Shown here: in pieces, positions 22,159 through 30,940 of the stretch | Numbering within the stretch: the first letter of the stretch is position 1 | Layout of the letters: the number at the start of each line of letters is the position of its first letter | Assembly: GCA_029717555.1 (NCBI GenBank) | Contig: JAMDHS010000019.1 | Coordinates: 248,001 to 278,940, forward strand | Reading direction: 5' to 3' | Source of the DNA: Peribolospora baueri | Lineage: Eukaryota | Length of the DNA stretch: 30,940 nt | Program-made: the position numbers and the translations under genes | The notes under the pieces: model-generated | What the model was told of the DNA's origin: nothing | Seen by the model: the letters and a program-made list of their open reading frames with translations, nothing else | Database searches by the model: none

Positions 22159-23831
22159 TCACCTCCCAAACGGACCGCCACGGCCGCCACCCAACCCGAC
22201 CATCCGCCCAATACCGCCGCCGCCGCGTCCAAGTTTGCTTCCCTGCCCTCGGACGCTTACTGAGGAAGGGTCTTGTACGGCATGCGGGTTGGCCTTGATG
22301 GGGGACAGATTTAGGGGGAGGCCCATCGAGGGGTCGAAGCTTACCTGCGAAGGAGAAAGCAAGGTCGAGAAGACGGTCAGACAATCAGTGAGCAACAAGA
22401 TATAGCGAATCATCCGATCAAAAAAGCGAGACCGCGTAACGCACATCTGCAGCGTCCCACTTGAAAGTCTGAGCCGGGGCGGCCTTTGCCCCACCAAAAA
22501 TCTTTCGCTTCTTTTTCTTCGGCTGTTGAGACTGCGCATCCTCTTGGATGACCGCGGTCTCATCCGCTTTCTTGTTGCCTCCGCTGTCGTCGTCGTTGGT
22601 ATCGTCGAGTTCGATGGGCGGACCCAAAGCGGCGGGGACTTCTTCCTCGTCCCGCTCTGGCTCGGTCCTGGCCTCGGCCGGAGGTGGAGGGGATGGACGA
22701 CGTTTCACACTTGCATTCTTCGTCGAGCGAGGCTTCGAAGCCTTCGGCGGCTGAGCAGTCGGCGCGACCGTTTTGGGGGATGCGTGCTGCTGTCGCATAT
22801 TCGTTGGATTCGCCTTTGATGGCTGGACGTCTTCGTCAACGTGGGGAGAGGCAGGCGGTCTAGGAAAAGCGTGTCGTTGGGTATTCGCGCTCGCTAGCCG
22901 TGCCTTGGTTCAGCCAAGAAGGAAAGGGACAAAAGGGTCAAAAAGGGCTGAGCCTCGTTTCAATCTCCTGCACGTTCCGAAAGTACCCACTTTGAGGTCT
23001 TCGATTTCCTCCTCGAGCATCTGCTTCTCCGCCTCCCATGCCCTTTCCAACTCGCGCCTCTCCTTTCTCTGCTTCTTGATCTCCGCATCCTGATTATCCT
23101 GAATCGCGCTGAGCTCCTCCACCTCTTCCCTGAGCTCCTCCACCTGTCTGTTCAACTCTCCGTCTTGCGCCTTGTGTCTACGTTTGACGTCCTTTAGCTC
23201 AGTTCGGGCCGCTTGGAGTTCCTCATTGAGAACATCAACATCGCGAGTGCTAAGAGCATTGTCGAGCTCGGCCTGCAAGTTGTTGACTGCCTCAGAGAGC
23301 TCGAAAATCTCCGCCTGCGACCGTTCCCGGGCAGTCAGAGCCAGTCGAACGGCAGATCTCGCCAAAAAGGATGAATGCGGGTGTGTACTCACATCCTTCT
23401 CCTCAACAAAATTATCAAGTTCGTACCCGCGGTACTGCTGATAGGTCGCCTCGTTTCGTGCGAGAACTGCCGCGTGTGGGGCGCAGTGAGTTCTGGGAAG
23501 GCGCCTGGAGCAAAGCAAACAGGCCTCCGAACAGCGAAACTCACCGATCTCGACGTTGGCCTGCGTCGTCTCCTCCGCACGCCCGAACCTATCCACAAGC
23601 TTCTCGCATTGAGACAAACGAAGCTCGAGAGCTGCCAGATGAGCGTCGGAGAGGTCCTAGTTGTAGCCAAGAATGCGCCGAGGCAGTCCGACCGAGGATC
23701 AGATTGGAATCGCTCTACCTTTGTTTATATGCGTGACAAAGGGAGGGATAGCCAGCCACCACAAAACCCACCTTGCGAAGACCCTTCACCTCTTCCTCAA
23801 GTCTTCTGTTCCTATCCGCTTCCAGATCCAT
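22159..23831 (-). CDS. Coiled-coil protein with C-terminal KKKKRKIF...LSPIK, possible monopolin Mde4/Lrs4-like, 404 aa
   Basis: Exons 23831-23772, 23656-23545, 23466-23393, 23314-22991, 22903-22445, 22344-22159 (1215 nt, in frame). N-terminal half is heptad-rich; C-terminal half is disordered with a basic NLS-like cluster. The start codon and family identity are less certain than the exon chain. Confidence 0.7.
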
Positions 23832-24114
23832 GCGCCTGATAGCTGAGCGTCGACCGAGTAGTGCAAACGCCCACGTTGGTCGTGTGCGTCTTGACGCTCC
23901 TTGGAGGCAGAACGAGCGTGCACACCTCGATCACACGCGTGGTGGGTCCGCGTATCGCCGAAGGGGCGCGTCGCGCGCCCGGGCGCGTAAATTTGACGTG
24001 GTGCGCGGCCAACCCTTCCTGGGCGACCTCCACGACGTATCCCATCCGCCATCTTCATCGTGGGTCAACAGCACTTCGAACGACTTCAAGCAGTTCGGAA
24101 GGGGGCCTCCTCCC
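23832..24114. promoter_or_regulatory. Putative bidirectional promoter with clustered MCB-like (ACGCG) sites
   Basis: 283 bp between divergent ATGs. ACGCGT at 23935-23940 and CGCGT at 23949, 23967 and 23984. Palindrome CGCGCCCGGGCGCG at 23974-23987. Confidence 0.6.
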
Positions 24115-27100
24115 ATGTCTCCTTCTTCTCGTCAAGCCAAGGGCCGGGGGAAAGGAGACACCCCGGACCCGCTTGCTCGCGTCTCCTCCTTGTGGGGCTA
24201 CCTCGGCCGCGAGCTCGACTCGTTTTGGCGCGGAGTCAAAGGCGAAACGGAGGTGAGTTGGCGAGGAGGACCGCTTTTTATTTCTCAATAATAGGTAATT
24301 GATCCTTTATCATCCATTTTGTCTTCTTGTCTGCCAGTTCTCCAAGCGCAAGCGTGACAACCGCCCAGCCCAGCCTGGAAGGAGTGCTAAGCGTCGACGA
24401 CTGGATGGCGACGATCAGGGGCAATCCGTCAGTGATGACACAAGCCCATTCGATTCCTCCAATTCTCGTCTCTCGACATCGAGAGTATCTGCAGTGCAGC
24501 GTCACGTTGACCCGTTCTCTACGTCCCGCCCGCGCGTTTCCAACATCGTCTCCAACATCGAAAAGACCTATGGCGACCTTTCGAACGGCATCCTGCGCTC
24601 AGACTCCATGCGATCGAGGAATGGATCTGTTAGTGTTCAATCCAGGGGGTCTGTCGAACCGCTGGCAGACCAGAGCTGGGAGCGAGATGACGATATTAAG
24701 ATACCAGGTGGGCTATCTCGTCGTCTCTCGTTCGCCATGCCCTTCCCCCCGTCCTTTGGATCCTTCAAATCCACGGTACTGGGTTTTGGAAAGTTGTCAG
24801 GCAGCGCAGACGGGAATTTGGCCAACGGTGGAAATACACAGCGACAGTCTCGGCCCAACCCAACCACTGGTGAAGCGCCGGCGCGGACAAACCGGCGCCA
24901 TGCCCGGTTGGTCCGCTCTGTGAGCGCTCCGAGCAAGGGCAAAGGCAAGCGCCAGGCAGGCGAGGTGGAGGCGGGCGACCACCCATATGTCGACGCGGGT
25001 CTCGGTGGGACCCTGGATCTGGTGGACGAGGAAGGTCACGAGCATTCAACCGCCGAATCGAGCGTCCGCCTGGCGGCAAGGGCTATGAATGCGCGTGCGA
25101 TTAAGGAAGAGGAGGCAGAACGACGACGGAAGGAGAAGGAAGCGGAAAGGAAACGAGAGATGGATCGGAGGAGGATTGAGGAACTGGAGAGGGAAGTAAG
25201 AAGGCTGAGGGAAGAGGTGAGTTCCATCTCTTGTGTGGCGTCTCATAGATGATACTCATTCTCAATTCCCCAATCCGCGCAACTTCATAGTTGAGCGCCC
25301 GCTCTATCGCACCAATGCCTCGCCGAACGACCTCTCAGAGTACACCCATGCCCAACTCGCCAACTCGACAGTCCTCGTTTGCACCATTCTTTTCGTCGAT
25401 GCTAGCCTCCTCTACGCCCCTCGCCGTTCCCTCAGGATCCGGTTTTCCACCGCCACCTCCACCACCTCCGCCCCGTCCAGAAGGCTCCCCTCTCTCCTGG
25501 GCTTCTCAGATCCCTAATCGCGATCCGGCAGAAACAATGTACGCCCAGGCGCGCGCCCGCCTGCGTCCTACTCCCCCCAAGCGTGCTAGTCACCTCACTG
25601 GGCCGTCAGCCTCGTCCGTCCCTCCGCCGAAATTCCTTCATCAGGGCGTAGCAACCGTCGGTATGGGAGACGTGGACATGGACAGGTTTTTGGAGGAGCT
25701 CAAGAGCGTCAGGTTGAAGCGGTCTGCTCCTACCGATGCGAACGCTTATGAGGAAACTGGAAGCAGAGGTGATTTAGGCTCAGAGGCGCAGATGAGGAGG
25801 TTGGGGACGGGGTCGGGCCTGCAAGAGGAACACGAAATCCAGGAAGTATGGGATATGCCACAAGAGCGTCAGGAGGAAAGGGAGAGTTTCGCGGCTGCCA
25901 GTGGAGGTGAGGCAATGGAGGCGCAAGAACAAGTCGAAAAGGAAGCCTCCCGTGCGGTGGAGGGCAGTAAAAGCGATCATGTCGACCTTCTCCCATCTCA
26001 GGTGCTTGGTGGGGACCAAGATCTCTCTGCGGAGCCTTCTTCTCCCGAACTGCCACCCCCGCCTACCTCCATCTTCCTTCGCCCTGTTGACCCGCCCTCG
26101 CCCTCTCCGTCCCCCCGCAAAGTCTCCTCCCCCTCGCCGAGACGAAAAGCGCCTGAACCATTGGGCGAGGACGCGGAGTATGATCCACTTGGGTCACGGT
26201 CTAGGGAGACCTCGGCCCCCCTTCCTCCCGGGTTATCGCCGCGTCAAAGGACGCCTGGGCCGAAAAAGAGGCGGCCAAGGAGGGTCAGTCGAGCTCGTCA
26301 CGGAGACGAAGGCGGGGACAGTCTGATGCTGGAGGGGGAGGGGGAGGAGGAGAGCCAGCGTGTCGGTGGACATGAGAATGACGAAGCGGCTTTTCAAAGC
26401 GGCCATCGCTCTCCGGCCTCCGACAAGCAAGGTCAGCCCGCCAGCGGTACCAAAGCGGATCTACTTCGAAGACCCTCCCACTCTCAGGACTCCCCTTATC
26501 GCCATAAGCCGGCTCGTCGAGTCTCTTCCTTCTCTTCCTTTTCCGCAACTCGGGTCTCATCGTCCGCGGGGACTGCTGGTATAAGGCCTGCTCATAGGCA
26601 CGTAGCCAGTGGGCAGGAGAGAGAATTTCCTATTACTAGGGGACAATTCTCCGACGCTTTTCAAGACGATGAAGAAGCCTACAAGGACGACGACGACCTA
26701 TCGGACGAGATCATCTCCACTGGCGTCCGCGCTGCCCAGCTCGCACTGATCAGCCCTGGTCGAAGTCCCGTCCAAAGCCCACGGAGGACCGAGAGCCCAC
26801 GTCAATCTCCTCTGCGCCGCCGCTATAGTCGTTCTCGCGTTGACCAGCTTCACCAGCAGGCGGAAGAGGAACACGTCGACGACACCGACAGTCCCCCCAG
26901 CCTCACTTTCTCTGGCTCTGGCTCTGGTTCTGGCTCGTCTTTTACGAGCGCCACTGCAGGACAATTTAAAGGGATAAAGCCCGACCTTGGAGGCCGGTGG
27001 ACTACTCCTCCTCCTATCGAAGAGCGCCCTCCGTACGGCGCGCAAAGGCCGAGACTCTCGAAGGAGTTGAGCGAGGCTAAATTTACAACCGCGGATGGGA

Positions 27101-27162
27101 ACCGGGTCGCCGAGGAGGAGGAGGAGGAAGACGCCATCCTGCTCGTTAATCAGGAAGACTAG
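24115..27162 (+). CDS. Uncharacterised 962-aa disordered protein with coiled coil, polyproline and WH2-like motif
   Basis: Exons 24115-24252, 24338-25216, 25291-27162 (2889 nt, phase-0 GT-AG introns). Features SLWGYLGRELDSFWRGVK, RRRIEELEREVRRLREE|L, P9 tract and DMDRFLEELKSVRLKRS. Confidence 0.8.
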
Positions 27163-27761
27163 GAGAAGGACGGAAAGAAGCAAGACGATCGACATCTGTC
27201 CAGCTCCAATCAGAGCCAAGTGCCTACGCTGTCTCCTACCACGGAGGAGTTGACGTCCATGGACGCTAGGACGTAGATGACTGACATCGGATTCGTCTGT
27301 CGGTCACCTCGCCGCTGGTAGCCTCGCCCGTTCATGTGTTCCCCTTGTCATGTTTCGGAGGAAAACACCAATTTTTTTTTCAACTCGCACGGACCGTTTC
27401 CGCCGAATGCCGCGGACGAACCTCTCGGCCGTTCGCACCCTGTATGCGTTTTGGGGAGCTTCAACTTGATCTCGCTGTGGTGAGAGGATGGAATTGCCTT
27501 ATCCGTCACTTCGACCGGACGGAGGATTTGCCCACTTAGTTGCGTTTGTTTGCCCGCATCCTCCCTCACTCAGTCGCGTCTGTCGCATAGACTGTTTCGT
27601 CTGCTGATTTACTGTAGTTTCTTGATGCTTCCTTTATATCTGGTCGTACTTGCATCTAATCTCTTGTCGTCCTTGGACAATTGAATCAGTAGGAACACCT
27701 GCTAATCCACTCTGAACGTGCGCTGATGACGCCTGGCGATCCTAGAAGCACTCTATAGCTC

Positions 27762-29348
27762 TCACTTCTTCCCGGTAGCCCTCTTCTTTCCCGTCCCGCC
27801 TCCATCTTGTCCGGAACCAGCTCCCGTGCCCGGTATAAACTCCCCGAGCTCGAGTGCGTCGCGGCCAGCTCGATTGATAAGTTTGAACCGGTCTGGGCCA
27901 AGATGAATACCGCCGTACTGGAATGGGAGCAGTCAATGTAATTACGAAGGTAAAGAGGAAGAGGGAAACGTGAGAAGGAGCGACAGCACTCGCACAAAGA
28001 CCGTCCACTCTTGGTAACGGACGCGATGGCTCACCCATCTGGTAACCACAACGATTACGTTCATCACCTCCTGATGATACCCAAGCGATAAGATAGATGG
28101 AGACTGGTTAGTGCTCAATATAATTTACTGAGAAAGAGGGAAGACGGCAAGAAACAAAGGAGAACCGGGGAGCTATAAAGAGACTCACAAGTAGCTGCAG
28201 CAAATGAGCTAGCCGTCCGCCCGCAGCGGACTCGCCATCGTCGTCGTTGTCTGTACGCGAACGACGAAACAGACACAGTTTGTTCCAGGACGATGGCCCA
28301 GAAAGTCAGTTATGTCCACAATTTCAGAGTCGGAGAGGTAAGGAACTGCTAGACGGACGGAGGTCCGCTTACCCTTATGCACAACTCCACCTTTCCCTTC
28401 GCACACCCAAGCGTGCATGACCGGGTGTGTGGCCCTCGCTATCCGACGATCGGAGAGCAACTGGTTTAGCACGCATGGTACGTCGCTAGGGTCGTTGATC
28501 CGAGCAGCGTGGCCTACGAAGGTTGACTTGCGGTCTACAAGTGCGGGGGCAGACACGATGACGATCTGAGGAGAAGGGGATGGGGATTCAGATGGGATAA
28601 CCAAGGCCAGAGGTGGATTATCGTCCCTTGATGTAAACTGCGTTACTGTTCCACCGGCGGACCTGGCAGATGTTGAGCCTGACGGTAGTCGAGACGACGC
28701 GGCGGCCGCTCTGGCTTCCTTCTCGTCCGCCACCTGCACGGCCCTCTCCACCCCCCTCCTCTCCTCCTCCTGTCTTCTCTTCTCCCACCATGCTCCCACT
28801 CTCTCTCTTGCCCACTCCACCCCCTCAAACACACACACGTCTCCTGCCCTCCTATCCACCGCCTCTGAGCTGATGTACGTGCGGAGAATCTCGCCGAACA
28901 GACCAGCGTCAACGCCGTGGGAGCCGATATAGCGGGAAAGGAGCTGGAGTTGAGGCGGCGACGGAGAGGAAGGGTAGCCTGGGGGTAGTGTGATGCTCAG
29001 GTGCATGGAGATCTCGTCGTTGGGATGGGGTAATGGCAGGGTGGTAAAGAGGTTAAATCTTATTTTTTCTCCCGGCTTCCAATTGTCCAACACCGTCGTC
29101 ACCCCCAGGTCGTCATCCCTGCCAGAGTGTTCATTCTGCTCCGTTGAGGCCGCTGAGGAAGGTGATGGAGACCTAGACAAGCCTTGAAGCTTAAGAGCGT
29201 CGTCACCGTAGATAGCTTTGAGCGCCTGGAGCTCCTCAGCGATCTGCTGAGAGGAGACAGAAGATTCAACCGACTCGTCTAACTCCAGGCGAGCGATGAG
29301 TTCCGTCAGAGCGCTGTCCTCCGGGTTGCCGTCCAAACTGCCGTCCAT
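27762..29348 (-). CDS. YIH1: IMPACT/Yih1 (RWD + UPF0029 domain) Gcn2 pathway inhibitor, 409 aa
   Basis: Exons 29348-28373, 28250-28189, 28070-28035, 27917-27762 (1230 nt). RWD EELQALKAIYG..LPPGYPS..PP. UPF0029 DRKSTFVGHA, RIARATHPVMHAW, D|NDDDGESAAGGRLAHLLQLL|, VVVTRW|YGGIHLGPDRFKLIN. Confidence 0.93.
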
Positions 29349-29791
29349 ATCCAGCTACCGCAAGATCCGTCAAGTCGGGGAGCGGCGACGGCCCGACGCC
29401 ACGGAGGGTGAACTGTCGTAATAATAGCCTTCCTGTGTTTGGAGAAATGGAAGAAAGACTGGGACGTGCTCGGTCTTCGTCGTCGAAGGGTCTTCTTGCC
29501 TTCTGCCTTCACAAAGGACAAACGCAATAAAACACGGTCGTTCTTCGTAAAATCCTTCTTGGTTTCCGGCGCTCCCTATATACCGTTGCCTTCTTCTCAC
29601 CTGCAAGAGAAAGCAGAACTTGGAAATGGTCTTCTCCCCCCAAAAGCGAGCGTCGGGCGACTTAACACGAAGGCAGTACGAACGCAGTGATCGGGGCGCC
29701 TTTGCTGCGGCAATATAGCTCCGCCTGGTCACCGCCATCATCGTCGACAGAGACGTCTTCGACCATCATCATCCCCGTCGCAACGAGCATC

Positions 29792-30788
29792 ATGCCGGTG
29801 AGGGCCTCCGCTCCATCTTCTCGTCGTGAAGAACCGAAAGACATGCTCACACGGAAGATGTCTTGCTTGCCAGGCCTACCACTCTGCTTACAATGACGCG
29901 CCGGGTGTCCGCGTCGTCGGCTCGATGAGCATCCTCCCCATCCGCACCAAGATCCGTGGTCCGGCACCCCCGCCAGGTGAGTATTGCAGTGGTGGAAAAG
30001 AGATAGTGTTATCGGAAAGGTTTGCCTATTTTGTTTGCTCATTGTTCTTCTTTGTCCTTCTTCCCCTCCTTCTGGGGTCCTAGTCAACCCGGAAGAGTTT
30101 GACATCGTGGACGAGTCACTCGACCTCTTTCGGGCAAACTCGCTTTTCCGCAACTTTGAGATCAAGGGCGACGCAGATCGGGTGAGTGTCGTAGGATAGT
30201 CGTTTGATCGCTTGGTTGCTCGCTCCCAGAACCCCTCATTCTCCCTCATCTGAGGATATCAATCGCGCTCGCTCTTCCTGCCCGCCCGGTTCTGATATCA
30301 TTCGTCCGTTCTTTCCTTCACAGGTGCTCATCTATCTCATCCTCTTTATCTCCGAGTGCCTCACCAAGGTCGCTTCATTTCGTATTCCTCCCCCGCAAAA
30401 CGAGGCGTTCAAGAACCTCAACACTCTTGCCCTCGACAACTTTGCCCTCCCAGGCGACGCTGGATTTCCGCTCAACTCGCTTTACCATGCCCCTGCGAAT
30501 AGGATGGACGCCGGTGAGGCTGCGCGTCTTTTTATCTTATTTGTTCCCGTCTGTGCTTTATTGTAAAGGAGCCGGCAGTGACATTTCTGCCACGCTCTTT
30601 GCTTCGCGCTATTCACTTCTCTTCCCTTCAATCCCTCTTCCCTGCGCTCTGATTTTCTTGACTTTTGTCCAGACCTCCTCCGTCAATATCTCACCCAGGC
30701 GCGACAAGAGACGGCGGCACGTCTTGTTGAGCGCGTCTACGTCGATGGCAAGCCTAGCAAGTGGTGGATGGCATTCACAAAGAGGAAG
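29792..30788 (+). CDS. ARC18: Arp2/3 complex subunit 3 (p21-Arc); last exon beyond the window
   Basis: Exons 29792-29797, 29874-29976, 30084-30181, 30324-30513, 30673-30788. [86 protein letters not shown] and [12 protein letters not shown]|. Confidence 0.96.
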
Positions 30789-30940
30789 GTACGTTCTGCC
30801 CGTCGGTTTTGCGCGTTCGCGCGTTGTTTCGCTCCACCGTGCTCGGAGGCTTATTTATGTCGAGCATGCGGTCCCCCGGACGGGCATTCTTCTCGGCAGA
30901 GACGGTCGCGGCGAGGAGATCTCCGTCGATCTCTTAGAGA

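Overview
Intron-rich, GC-rich fungal DNA, most likely a basidiomycete; the lineage cannot be fixed from sequence alone. I assembled 13 spliced protein genes by hand, and every model stays in frame across its introns. In order: ERJ5-like ER J-protein (5' partial); NAD-isocitrate dehydrogenase subunits IDH1 (-) and IDH2 (+) head-to-head 347 bp apart; a 2.5 kb non-coding gap; an uncharacterised 672-aa protein; a nitrile-specifier-like Kelch protein; GLE1; a Laa2-like FGxF protein with a GC-AG intron; cyclophilin-RRM PPIL4/Rct1; an alpha/beta hydrolase; a coiled-coil protein resembling monopolin Mde4/Lrs4; a polyproline plus WH2-like protein; YIH1/IMPACT; and ARC18/ARPC3 (3' partial). Ten of the 13 genes form five divergent pairs. 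The best leads are the IDH1/IDH2 shared promoter, the MCB-rich promoter joining the Mde4-like and WH2-like genes, the palindrome-rich gap, and several non-standard splice sites. I saw no mobile element, CRISPR array, tRNA or rRNA. Most entries in the ORF track are antisense or intron read-through artefacts.
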